A stretch of DNA of 64,000 nucleotides from Acidobacteriota bacterium (GTDB lineage: Bacteria; Acidobacteriota; Vicinamibacteria; Vicinamibacterales; UBA2999): contig JAUSDY010000076.1 of NCBI GenBank assembly GCA_030650395.1, forward strand, positions 64,090 through 128,089, written 5' to 3'. Made by a program: the position numbers and the translations under genes. Of the stretch, positions 37,430-45,967 are shown piece after piece. Each line of letters begins with the position of its first letter. The stretch's first letter is position 1. Below the pieces are notes generated by a model. The model saw only the letters and a program-made list of their open reading frames with translations. It made no database searches and was not told the origin of the DNA.

Positions 37430-38356
37430 GTGACCCAAATGGCGAGCGTTAGGGCCGGAGACAGTCCGCATCGGCCGATCATGGTGGAGGAAGTGCTCCG
37501 CTGCCTTCGGCCGATCGCCGGCCAAGTCGCAATTGACTGCACCCTCGGCGGTGGCGGACACGCGCAGGCGATCCTCGAGCACCTGCAGCCTGGCGGACGC
37601 CTGATCGGATTCGACTCCGACCCTCTCGAATTGCCGCGTACGGAAGCACGCCTGCGAGCCGCAGGCTTCGGCGCCGACGTCTTCGTTACCCGCCACGGAA
37701 ACTTCGCACGCTTGCCTGAACTGCTCGCCGCAGAGGGACTCGCGGCTGCGGACGTGATTGTCGCGGACCTCGGCGTGTCGTCGATGCAAGTCGACGATCC
37801 GGCGCGCGGCTTCAGCTACCTGCCCGGCCCCCTCGACATGCGGATGAACCCTTCAGAGGGTGAGCCTGCGTGGCAGCTGCTCGATCGCCTGGACGAGGAA
37901 GCGCTCGCGGCACTGCTCACTGAAAACGCCGATGAACCGCACGCCGGGCTCATTGCCGGTTTGCTGAAGCAGAAGCCGATCAAGACCACCCACGCGCTTG
38001 AGCGCTTCGTCCGCCTCGGACTCAACAAAGCGCTGCCGAACCTGGAGAAGGCCGAGGTCAAGATGTCGGTCCGCCGCACCTTTCAGGCGATCCGCATCAC
38101 GGTGAACAACGAGTTCTCCGCGCTCGATGCGCTGCTGCGATCGCTGCCGCAATGCCTCGCGCCAGGCGGGCGCGCGGCCATCCTGACCTTCCACTCGGGC
38201 GAAGACCGCCGCGTGAAGAAAGCCTTTCAGGCTGGCGCTCGAGCTGGCGTGTATGCCGATGTTGCAAGTGCAGTGATTCGCTCCACAAAGGAAGAAACGT
38301 TCTCGAACCGGCGGGCCGCGGCGGCGAAATTGCGATGGGCCGTCCGCGCGATCTAA
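37430..38356 (+). CDS. rsmH: 16S rRNA (cytosine1402-N4)-methyltransferase RsmH/MraW homologue
   Basis: Motifs are HRPIMVEEV..DCTLGGGGH...FDSDP...DLGVSSMQVD..RGFSY...GPLDMRM...FHSGEDR. It is not in a dcw/mraZ context. Confidence 0.85.
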   Translation: MTQMASVRAGDSPHRPIMVEEVLRCLRPIAGQVAIDCTLGGGGHAQAILEHLQPGGRLIGFDSDPLELPRTEARLRAAGFGADVFVTRHGNFARLPELLAAEGLAAADVIVADLGVSSMQVDDPARGFSYLPGPLDMRMNPSEGEPAWQLLDRLDEEALAALLTENADEPHAGLIAGLLKQKPIKTTHALERFVRLGLNKALPNLEKAEVKMSVRRTFQAIRITVNNEFSALDALLRSLPQCLAPGGRAAILTFHSGEDRRVKKAFQAGARAGVYADVASAVIRSTKEETFSNRRAAAAKLRWAVRAI

Positions 38357-38430
38357 CACCTTTCGCAGGCAACTCAGCCGCGTTTACACCTTTGGTACAC
38401 CCCTTGCAATGTTTCCTGTGGGGGTTGGTA

Positions 38431-39531
38431 ATGGCTCTGTCAAAAATTCGCTACGCTGTCGTGGGGCTTGGGCATATCGCGCAAGCAGCGGTGCTTCCTG
38501 CGTTCGCACACGCCCGACGTAACTCTTCCCTTCACGCAATAGTCAGCGGCAGCGAGAAAAAACTCAACGAGATAGGTGACAACTACCGGATCCCGGTGCG
38601 CGCCAGCTACGACAACTACGAGCGCTGCCTCAAGGAAGTCGACGCCGTTTATCTCTGCACGCCCAATACTGAGCACGAAGATTACACAGTACGCGCAGCC
38701 GCGGCAGGCGTCCACGTGCTGTGCGAGAAGCCGCTCGCGGTCACCGACAAGGCCTGCCGCAACATGGTGAGCGCGTGCCGCAAGGGCGACGTCAAGCTGA
38801 TGACCGCCTACCGCCTGCACTTCGAGCCGCTCTACCTTGAGATTCTCGACCTCGTGCGCCGCGGCAAGATCGGCGAGCCGCGCTTCTTCAGCTCGTCGTT
38901 CTCGATGCACGCCAAGCCGCACGGCATCCGCACGCAGAAGGAAACCGGCGGCGGCACGCTCTACGACCTGGGCGTCTACTGCGTCAACACCGCGCGCGTC
39001 ATGTTCGGCGCCGAGCCGACCGAAGTGTTCGCCTATTCGGTCGACGGCGCCCGCGCCGACATGCCCGAGATCGACGAGATGACGTCGTGCGTGCTGCGGT
39101 TCGACGGCGATCGCCTCGCCACCTTCACCACCAGCTTCGACGCCAACGGCGTCTCCGACTTCCGCATCGTCGGCACCGAGGGCAACATTCACGCCGAGCC
39201 GGCCTACGAGTATGCCGAGGCGCTCGGCTATACGCTCACGGTCGGCGAGGAAAGCCGGAAGAAGAAGGGCCGCCGCCGCGATCAGTTCGCCGCCGAGCTC
39301 GTTTACTTCTCGGATTGCGTGCTGCAGGGCAAAGATCCGGAACCGTCAGCCGAAGAAGGGTGCTGGGACGTGCGCGTCGTCGACGCGCTCTATCAGTCGG
39401 CACGGCGCGGAACGCCGGTGTCGCTGGGTCACTTCGGACCGGAACAGCGCCCGGAGAAAATTCAAGCCGAGAATTTCCCGCCGCTGCGTCAAGAGCCGGA
39501 CCTGGTTGCGGTCCGTAAGCCGCACGATTAG
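38431..39531 (+). CDS. Gfo/Idh/MocA-family oxidoreductase (glucose-fructose oxidoreductase-like)
   Basis: The sequence is MALSKIRYAVVGLGHIAQAAVLPAF...LCEKPLA. The track ORF start at 38152 is an out-of-gene extension. Confidence 0.85.
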   Translation: MALSKIRYAVVGLGHIAQAAVLPAFAHARRNSSLHAIVSGSEKKLNEIGDNYRIPVRASYDNYERCLKEVDAVYLCTPNTEHEDYTVRAAAAGVHVLCEKPLAVTDKACRNMVSACRKGDVKLMTAYRLHFEPLYLEILDLVRRGKIGEPRFFSSSFSMHAKPHGIRTQKETGGGTLYDLGVYCVNTARVMFGAEPTEVFAYSVDGARADMPEIDEMTSCVLRFDGDRLATFTTSFDANGVSDFRIVGTEGNIHAEPAYEYAEALGYTLTVGEESRKKKGRRRDQFAAELVYFSDCVLQGKDPEPSAEEGCWDVRVVDALYQSARRGTPVSLGHFGPEQRPEKIQAENFPPLRQEPDLVAVRKPHD

Positions 39532-39539
39532 GCGGGTCA

Positions 39540-39602
39540 GGCGGGTCTAAAGACCCGCCTCTACATTCCTATCGGTGGGGACAAACCTTTAGGTTTGTCC
39601 GG
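39540..39602. repeat. REP cluster: inverted GTAGAGGCGGGTC hairpin plus a GTGGGGACAAACC hairpin
   Basis: GGCGGGTCtaaaGACCCGCCTCTAC at 39540-39564 is the reverse of the 14961 element. GTGGGGACAAACCTTTAGGTTTGTCCGG at 39575-39602 has a first 16 nt identical to 937-952. Confidence 0.55.
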
Positions 39603-40744
39603 ATGATCGCCTTGCCGTCGGCATAGACGATGCTGGCCCGGCCGAAGCCGCGGTGCTGCCAGGCGGACTTGCCGGTCTTGATGTCGAGCGCGGTCAGGAA
39701 CGCCGGGCCGAAATCACCGGTCGTGCCATAGACGTAGTCGCCGAGCCTCACCGCGTTCAGGAACATGAACCGCACGCGGTTGGTGAACCACAATTCCTCG
39801 GCGTGGGTCGCGTTGCCTTCCTGCTTCAGCTGAATGGCGCGGCTGCCGGCGCGGTAGGCCGACGACACGAACAGGATGTTGTCCGGGCCCCACAACGGCG
39901 TGGTGCAGTTGAGATCGTTGCCGGGGTCGTGCGGCGTCGACCACAGAATCTTGCCGTTGGCTGGATCGAGACCGTTGACCGTGCCGCCGCCGAACACCAC
40001 CAGCTGCGGCCGGCCGCCCATCTCGATCATGATCGGCGGCGCCTCCGAGGTGAGGAAGTCGCCGCTCTTCCACACCACGGCGCCGTCGCTCTGGCGGAAC
40101 GCCATTACCGACTGGCCGGGGCCGCCCGCGCTGCAAATGATGGTGTCGCGATAGGCGATCGGGCTGCAGCCGTATCCGGTCTTCACGACCGGCCGAATCA
40201 GCAGCTCAGGCGAGCCGAATTCCTTGATCAGGTCGTGCGACCACAGGATTTTTCCCGACTTCTTGTCGAAGGCGAACAGCTGCTTGTTGGTGCCAATGGT
40301 GAAGAGCCGGTCGCCGACCAGCAGCGGCGTCGAGTGCGGGCCGGCGCCGAAGCTGAAGTCTTCGCGGCGCGACGGGTATTTGTGTTCCCACAGCGTCTTG
40401 CCGGTCGCAGCGTCCATCGCCACCACCGTTTCTTCCGGCTCCCACGGCCCCTGCTTCGCGCGGCCGTTGCCGGCGCGATACATCGTGTAGAGCCGCCCGC
40501 CCTCCGCGAGGATGGCGGAGTGGCCAGGGCCGAGCGGCCGGCTCCACAACACCGGCGGCCCGGCGTCGGGCCACTGGTCGGCGAGACCGGTCGACGACAC
40601 GATGAAATTGCGATTGGGCCCGCCCCATTGCCGCCACGCATCGCCGGCGGCGGCTGGGCCTTGCGCTTGGACCTCGATAGGATCGGCGGGCAGCCACGAC
40701 GAAGAAATACCCGCGAGCGCGACAACCGCCACGAGCATCCGCAT
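39569..40744 (-). CDS. PQQ-like (BamB-type) beta-propeller protein, apparently C-terminally truncated
   Basis: 391 aa with a signal peptide. It is a paralogue of 50454..51737 and colinear with it up to ..IVYADGKAII. It then ends RTNLKVCPHR*, encoded by the REP hairpin, whereas the paralogue continues for about 50 more aa. Confidence 0.7.
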   Translation of the reverse strand: MRMLVAVVALAGISSSWLPADPIEVQAQGPAAAGDAWRQWGGPNRNFIVSSTGLADQWPDAGPPVLWSRPLGPGHSAILAEGGRLYTMYRAGNGRAKQGPWEPEETVVAMDAATGKTLWEHKYPSRREDFSFGAGPHSTPLLVGDRLFTIGTNKQLFAFDKKSGKILWSHDLIKEFGSPELLIRPVVKTGYGCSPIAYRDTIICSAGGPGQSVMAFRQSDGAVVWKSGDFLTSEAPPIMIEMGGRPQLVVFGGGTVNGLDPANGKILWSTPHDPGNDLNCTTPLWGPDNILFVSSAYRAGSRAIQLKQEGNATHAEELWFTNRVRFMFLNAVRLGDYVYGTTGDFGPAFLTALDIKTGKSAWQHRGFGRASIVYADGKAIIRTNLKVCPHR

Positions 40745-40754
40745 GCGCGGCAGC

Positions 40755-41132
40755 CTATCCGATCAGTTGGCGCGCCACAACAAGACCGAGCCAGCCGGCC
40801 GCGAGTCCACCGATGAGCGTGACGGCGACGTTCATCGCCGCCGCGCCGGCGGCACCGCTCTGGATGAGCTGAATAGTCTGTTCGTTGAAAGCCGAATACG
40901 TGGTGAAGCCGCCAAGCAAGCCCGCCGTCACGGCGACGTGCCACTCGGCATCCCACCAGGATGCTGCGGCCCACTGTACGGCAAACGCGATCAGGAAACA
41001 GCCGCTGATGTTCACGAACAACGTTCCGTACGGAAACGCCGTGCCGAAGCGATCTGCCGACCACACCGCGATCGCGTAGCGGAGCACGCTGCCGAGGCCG
41101 CCGGCGGCGAACACCCAGAAAATGCGCGTCAC
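40755..41132 (-). CDS. crcB: fluoride channel CrcB/FluC
   Basis: VTRIFWVFAAGGLGSVLRY...FPYGTLFVNISGCF...GLLGGFTTYSAF is the CrcB signature. The GTG start forms a GTGA overlap with the upstream gene stop. Confidence 0.85.
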   Translation of the reverse strand: MTRIFWVFAAGGLGSVLRYAIAVWSADRFGTAFPYGTLFVNISGCFLIAFAVQWAAASWWDAEWHVAVTAGLLGGFTTYSAFNEQTIQLIQSGAAGAAAMNVAVTLIGGLAAGWLGLVVARQLIG

Positions 41133-42337
41133 CGCCACCCCGAAAGCGTGTCGCCCAGGATTTCCTGGACCACTGCCCCATCGGCGCGGCCGTCGAGAAT
41201 CTGTTTCATCCGTGACATCACCGCTGCCCGTGCCTCGCCCGACAGCGCCTCGAATGCCGGCGAGTAGATCATGTGGCTGCACCGGTACTTCAACAATCGC
41301 GTTTGCAGATCCAATTCGCGTAGCGATCGGTTGCGGCTGTCGCGCCGGCCGGCAGCGGTGAACGTCTTGCCAAATCCGGACGTGCCTTGAATTGGCGCGG
41401 CGAGAGGCGCTTCTTCGACGAACAACAGATAGTCCGCAGTTTCGCGGACGAGATCGCGCAGTTCGCCGGTCGAGAAACCGAGGCGCGATTCAGCCTTGGC
41501 GATCCGCGACTGCCATCCCAGCAGCGTGAACAGGTTCACGGCGCGGCCCTGGTGATCGAACACCATCAACGCGACGATGTCGCTCGACGCGGATGGATAG
41601 AGCGTCGCGTCGACGCGTGAATCCAGCGCAGTCCTGTTCAACGTCGCGTCGCCGATCGCCGTCTCCGGATGCGAGAGGTCCGTCACCATCGAGTTCCCCA
41701 TGTGACGCGCCGCGCCGTGCGTACCCGTGACATACCAACCGCCCCACCGCTGCTCGAGCGGGTTGCGGTGGTCAACCACAAAGCTGCCCAGCTGCGGCAT
41801 GGTCCGGCCTTCCGGGCCGGTAAACATGCTGCGCACCAGCAACCCGGGAACGTCGAGCGTGTTCCCCGTGAGGTGGCAGCTGAGGCAGACCGGGGCGCGA
41901 GCGAACGAAGGCGGAGCGGCGGGCTCCTGCTTGAGCAGGTAGAAGATCACGCCCTGCCGCGGATCGTGCGAGGCGACCTCCAGGAACGGCGCATTGGGAA
42001 TGTAGCCGACGATCACGCGGTCGTTGAAGTAGAGCGCGCGCGGGTCTTGCGGGTTCGTGAACTGGTGCTGGATGCCGGTCTTCGAAAACAGCAGCACCTG
42101 CGATTCGATCGGGATGTCGAGCGCGGCCAGTACCGATCGCAAGTAACCCAGCTTGCCGTCGAACGCAAGGCCGCTGACGGCCACGCGCGTCACCTCGTCC
42201 GCGGCGGCAGTGCCGCGATACTCGATGGCCGGGTGCTGATCGAGCATGCCCGGAAACGCAGGACGGCCCGGCTGGGCGCTCGCCAGCGCAAGTGCGAACA
42301 GCCAGGTCGTTCCGGATAGAACCAGCCAGCGCGTCAC
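41129..42337 (-). CDS. secreted hypothetical protein with a single CXXCH haem-binding motif
   Basis: 402 aa with signal peptide MTRWLVLSGTTWLFALALASAQ and the motif VCLSCHLTGN. It is translationally coupled to crcB. Confidence 0.6.
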   Translation of the reverse strand: MTRWLVLSGTTWLFALALASAQPGRPAFPGMLDQHPAIEYRGTAAADEVTRVAVSGLAFDGKLGYLRSVLAALDIPIESQVLLFSKTGIQHQFTNPQDPRALYFNDRVIVGYIPNAPFLEVASHDPRQGVIFYLLKQEPAAPPSFARAPVCLSCHLTGNTLDVPGLLVRSMFTGPEGRTMPQLGSFVVDHRNPLEQRWGGWYVTGTHGAARHMGNSMVTDLSHPETAIGDATLNRTALDSRVDATLYPSASSDIVALMVFDHQGRAVNLFTLLGWQSRIAKAESRLGFSTGELRDLVRETADYLLFVEEAPLAAPIQGTSGFGKTFTAAGRRDSRNRSLRELDLQTRLLKYRCSHMIYSPAFEALSGEARAAVMSRMKQILDGRADGAVVQEILGDTLSGWR

Positions 42338-42366
42338 ACCGGCTAGCCTAACTCATTCGGATTTCC

Positions 42367-42408
42367 CCTCCTGATCTTCGTGATCTTCGTGGCTTCTTGA
42401 TCTTCGAT
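42367..42408. repeat. word-repeat element (CTCCTGATCT + GATCTTCGTG repeats)
   Basis: The sequence is CCTCCTGATCTTCGTGATCTTCGTGGCTTCTTGATCTTCGA. It lies upstream of the 42442 receptor gene. Confidence 0.5.
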
Positions 42409-42441
42409 ATGCCGTTTTAAGTCTCGTGGAATAATGGCCAG

Positions 42442-44556
42442 ATGTTGCCGATTCGCATTGCTGTCTTATTGAGCCTGCTCGTCCCCACACTGTCCTTCTC
42501 GCAAGGGAGCCAGCCGCCCACCATCACGCTGCCCAGGGTGATCGTGACGGCGCAAAAAGAACCCGCCGACATCAAGGCGGTGCCCGTCAGCGTGACGGCA
42601 GTGACCAGCGAAACCATCGCCAACGCCGGCATCCGCATCGTCAGCGACGCGGCGTTCCTGGCGCCCAATACGGTGTTCACGGAGTTCACCGCGCGCAAGC
42701 TCAGCAACCCGCGCTTCCGCGGCATCGGCTCGAGCCCGGCCAACCCGGCGATCACGACCTACATCGACGGCGTGCCGCAACTGAACAGCAACTCGTCGAG
42801 CATCGAGTTGCTCGACGTCGATCAAATCGAATTCGTGCGCGGGCCGCAGAGCCCGCTGTTCGGGCGCAACACGCTCGGCGGCATCGTCAACATCACGAGC
42901 ATCAAGCCGTCGACGTCGAAGTGGACCGGATCGGTCGTGGCGCCGTTTGGCAGTTTCGGGTCGAAAGAAGTTCGCGGCAGCATCTCGGGGCCCGTCGGCG
43001 GCAAGGCGGCCATCAGTTTCGCCGCCGGACGCCAGCAGCGCGACGGCTACACGACCAACACCATGACCGGCCACGACCTCGATTCGAGGGACGGCACGTT
43101 CACCAAAGCGCAGTTGCTGCTGACGCCGGCACAGAACTGGGAAGCCCGCGTGATCTATTCGCACGAGCGCAATCGCGACGGCGACTATGCCCTCGGCGAC
43201 CTGGGCGCGATTCGCCAGCATGCGTTCCGGGTGGCGCGCGACTTCGAGGGCTTCACCAATCGCGACATCAACGGCACGACGTTCAACCTGCGCGGCAGCG
43301 GCGAGCGGATGGCGATCGACGCCACGACCGGCTTCGTGAAGTGGAACACGGAAGACGCGACCGACCTCGACTACACGCCCTTGCCGCTGGCGACCCGCAA
43401 CAACCAGGAAGAGGATGTTCAGTTCACGCAGGAGATCCGATTTGCCTCGCCCGAGAATGCGCCGATGGCAGTGCGGGACAACGTGATGCTGAAATGGCAG
43501 GGCGGCGTCAACTTCTTCAAGCAGAACTACGATCAGCTGGCCGTCAACACGCTCGCCGCATTCGTGCTGTCGCCGCAGATTCCGTTTCCGGTCGGCATGA
43601 CCTCGCCGCAGTCGGCGATCGACAACACCGGCATCGGCATTTTCGGGCAAGGCACGTTGACCTTCAACGACAAGGCCGACCTCACGCTGGGCCTGCGGTT
43701 CGATCACGAGACCAGCGAGGCAACCCTGAACACGTTCTTCACGCCGGCGATCGCGCCCGCCAGCAACGTGGTGGCGGACGATTCGTTCTCGGACGTGTCG
43801 CCGCAATTCGCATTCGGCTATCGCATGACCCCCGACACCATGGCCTACGCGTCGGCGAGCCGCGGCTATAAGGCCGGCGGTTTCAATCCGGCCGCGCTGC
43901 CGGGCAGCGAGGCGTACGGCGAGGAGCACGCGTGGCACATCGAAGGCGGCGTCAAGTCCACGCTGGCCGGCGGCAAGGTGTCGGCCAGCGCCGCGGTGTT
44001 CCATATTGATTGGGACGGCCTTCAGTTGAACGTGCCGAACCCGTTCGTGCCCGGACAGTTCTACATCGCCAACGTCGGCTCGGCGCGCAGCCGGGGGATG
44101 GAAATCGAAGTGACGGCACGGCCGCATCGCTCGGTCGACGTCTTTGCCACGCTCGGCATCACCAGCGCCCGGTTTGCGTCGGGCACGACGGCAGGCGGAG
44201 CGGATGTCAGCCAGAACAAGATTCCCTACACGCCTGACTACACCGCCCTGGTCGGCGCACAGCTGAACCGCGCGATCAACTCCAGGATCAACATCTACGG
44301 ACGCGGCGAGCTGGCACTGTCTGGCGCCTTCGAGTACGACGAAGCGAACATGGCCGGGCAGGATGCCTATGGGCTGCTCAACTTGCGCGGCGGCGCGCGT
44401 GGCCGGTACGTGTTCGCGGAGGCGTGGGTCCGAAACGCCCTCGACAAGTGGTACGTGCCGATCGCCATCCCTTACCCCGGTTTTGCGCCGTCAGGGTTTA
44501 TCGGCGAGAATGGCCGCCCGCGCACCTTCGGGGTGTCGGCAGGCGTGACGTTCTAA
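42442..44556 (+). CDS. TonB-dependent siderophore-type receptor
   Basis: 704 aa with a signal peptide. The plug is VIVTAQKEPADIKAVPVSVTAVTSETI. Motifs are FVRGPQSPLFGRNTLGGIVNI and RGYKAGGFN, and the protein ends ..GVSAGVTF. Confidence 0.9.
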   Translation: MLPIRIAVLLSLLVPTLSFSQGSQPPTITLPRVIVTAQKEPADIKAVPVSVTAVTSETIANAGIRIVSDAAFLAPNTVFTEFTARKLSNPRFRGIGSSPANPAITTYIDGVPQLNSNSSSIELLDVDQIEFVRGPQSPLFGRNTLGGIVNITSIKPSTSKWTGSVVAPFGSFGSKEVRGSISGPVGGKAAISFAAGRQQRDGYTTNTMTGHDLDSRDGTFTKAQLLLTPAQNWEARVIYSHERNRDGDYALGDLGAIRQHAFRVARDFEGFTNRDINGTTFNLRGSGERMAIDATTGFVKWNTEDATDLDYTPLPLATRNNQEEDVQFTQEIRFASPENAPMAVRDNVMLKWQGGVNFFKQNYDQLAVNTLAAFVLSPQIPFPVGMTSPQSAIDNTGIGIFGQGTLTFNDKADLTLGLRFDHETSEATLNTFFTPAIAPASNVVADDSFSDVSPQFAFGYRMTPDTMAYASASRGYKAGGFNPAALPGSEAYGEEHAWHIEGGVKSTLAGGKVSASAAVFHIDWDGLQLNVPNPFVPGQFYIANVGSARSRGMEIEVTARPHRSVDVFATLGITSARFASGTTAGGADVSQNKIPYTPDYTALVGAQLNRAINSRINIYGRGELALSGAFEYDEANMAGQDAYGLLNLRGGARGRYVFAEAWVRNALDKWYVPIAIPYPGFAPSGFIGENGRPRTFGVSAGVTF

Positions 44557-44562
44557 GGGAAA

Positions 44563-44637
44563 CCACGAAGAACACGAAGGTCACGAAGATATCTTTGGAA
44601 AAACAATTCTTCGTGGTCTTCGTGGTCTTCGTGGTTG
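44563..44637. repeat. word-repeat hairpin: CACGAAG x3 then CTTCGTGGT x3
   Basis: The sequence is CCACGAAGAACACGAAGGTCACGAAGatatctttggaaaaacaatTCTTCGTGGTCTTCGTGGTCTTCGTGG. Confidence 0.6.
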
Positions 44638-44650
44638 CGTTTAGGATGCC

Positions 44651-45886
44651 ATGACAACACAGACGCTGAATTCCACCGCTCCGATCGCGATTGAATCGCG
44701 CGCGCTCGTGCCCGGTCCTGCCGCGATCACCTCCATGGTGATCGCACTGGCGGCCTGGTACCTGAGCACGGCGATCAGCTGGCGGCAGGGCGCGCTGTTT
44801 CTCGTCGGCGCCGGCGCGGGCGTGGTGCTGTATCACGCCGCGTTCGGGTTCACCTCATCGTGGCGCGTCTTCATCTCGGATCGCCGCGGCGCGGGCCTGC
44901 GCGCGCAGATGCTGATGCTCGCGCTGACCTGCGCGGTGTTCTTCCCGCTGCTGGCGTCGGGCTCCTTGTTCGGCCAGCCCCTGCGTGGGTCGGTGTCTCC
45001 GGCCGGCGTCGGCGTGGCGGCGGGCGCTTTCATCTTCGGGCTCGGCATGCAGCTTGGCGGCGGGTGCGCATCGGGCACGTTGTTCAGCGTCGGCGGCGGC
45101 AGCACCCGCATGCTCGTGACGCTGCTGTTCTTCATCATCGGATCCGTGATCGGCACGGCGCACACGCCGTGGTGGAATGCCCGGCCCGCGTTTCCCGCCA
45201 CCTCGGTCGTGACCACGATGGGGCCCTGGCTCGGGCTCGCGGTCTGCTTCGCGCTCTTCGGCGGCATTTCGTGGTTCACGCGCGTCGCCGAACGCAAGCG
45301 CCACGGCAAAATCGTCGACGAGACCCGGCCCGGCCCGGGAGGAAAAACTGCTCCGCGGTGGCTGAAAGGCCCGTGGCCGCTCGTGGCCGGGGCCGTCGGC
45401 CTCGCCGTTGTGAACATCGCCACGCTGACGATCAGCGGGCGGCCGTGGGGCGTGACTTCCGCGTTTGCGCTATGGGGCGCCAAGCTGTTTGCGACGCTGG
45501 GCATCGACGTGGCGTCGTGGGCCTACTGGACGGCGCCGGCGCAGGCGACCGCGCTCCGATCGAGCGTGCTGATGGATGTGACGTCGGTGATGGACTTCGG
45601 CATCATCCTCGGCGCGCTGATGGCGGCGATTCTGGCCGGCCGTTTCGCGCCGGTATTGAAGGTCCCGGGCAAATCGCTCGCCGCGGCGGTGATCGGCGGC
45701 ATCCTGCTCGGCTACGGCGCGCGCATCGCCTACGGCTGCAACATCGGCGCGTACTTCAGCGGCATTGCATCCGGCAGCGTGCACGGCTGGCTGTGGCTGG
45801 TCGCCGCGTTCGCGGGCAACATCGCCGGCACGGGGTTAAGGCCGAGGTTCGGTCTGAACGTCGAAAAAACGAAGACGGCATGCTAA
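44651..45886 (+). CDS. YeeE/YedE-family inner-membrane transporter (thiosulfate/sulfur- or selenium-compound type)
   Basis: 411 aa and polytopic. The two conserved Cys loops are LGGGCASGTLF and YGCNIGAYF. Confidence 0.85.
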   Translation: MTTQTLNSTAPIAIESRALVPGPAAITSMVIALAAWYLSTAISWRQGALFLVGAGAGVVLYHAAFGFTSSWRVFISDRRGAGLRAQMLMLALTCAVFFPLLASGSLFGQPLRGSVSPAGVGVAAGAFIFGLGMQLGGGCASGTLFSVGGGSTRMLVTLLFFIIGSVIGTAHTPWWNARPAFPATSVVTTMGPWLGLAVCFALFGGISWFTRVAERKRHGKIVDETRPGPGGKTAPRWLKGPWPLVAGAVGLAVVNIATLTISGRPWGVTSAFALWGAKLFATLGIDVASWAYWTAPAQATALRSSVLMDVTSVMDFGIILGALMAAILAGRFAPVLKVPGKSLAAAVIGGILLGYGARIAYGCNIGAYFSGIASGSVHGWLWLVAAFAGNIAGTGLRPRFGLNVEKTKTAC

Positions 45887-45890
45887 TCCA

Positions 45891-45960
45891 CAGGAGAACA
45901 GAAGATCGGGAGAAGAATATTCTCCTGATCTCATGATCTCCTGTCTTGATTCTCTGTTGG
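45891..45960. repeat. word-repeat hairpin centred on GAATATTC
   Basis: AGATCGGGAGAAgaata pairs with TTCTCCTGATCT (1 mismatch). The element contains CTCCTGATCTC (45922-45932), which is shared with 25995, 26012 and 42368. Confidence 0.55.
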
Positions 45961-45967
45961 CGGACGC

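Noticed and set aside
42337-42441. Fluoride riboswitch upstream of the crcB operon
   Set aside because: I could not find the conserved crcB-motif pseudoknot elements by eye. Only a CTCCTGATCT/CTTCGTG word repeat is present.
44563-44637. Possible CRISPR array (also considered for 2108-2238, 7355-7530 and 25994-26118)
   Set aside because: The repeats are 7-13 nt words with 0-4 nt between them or are arranged as inverted arms. There are no 25-40-nt spacers and no cas genes.
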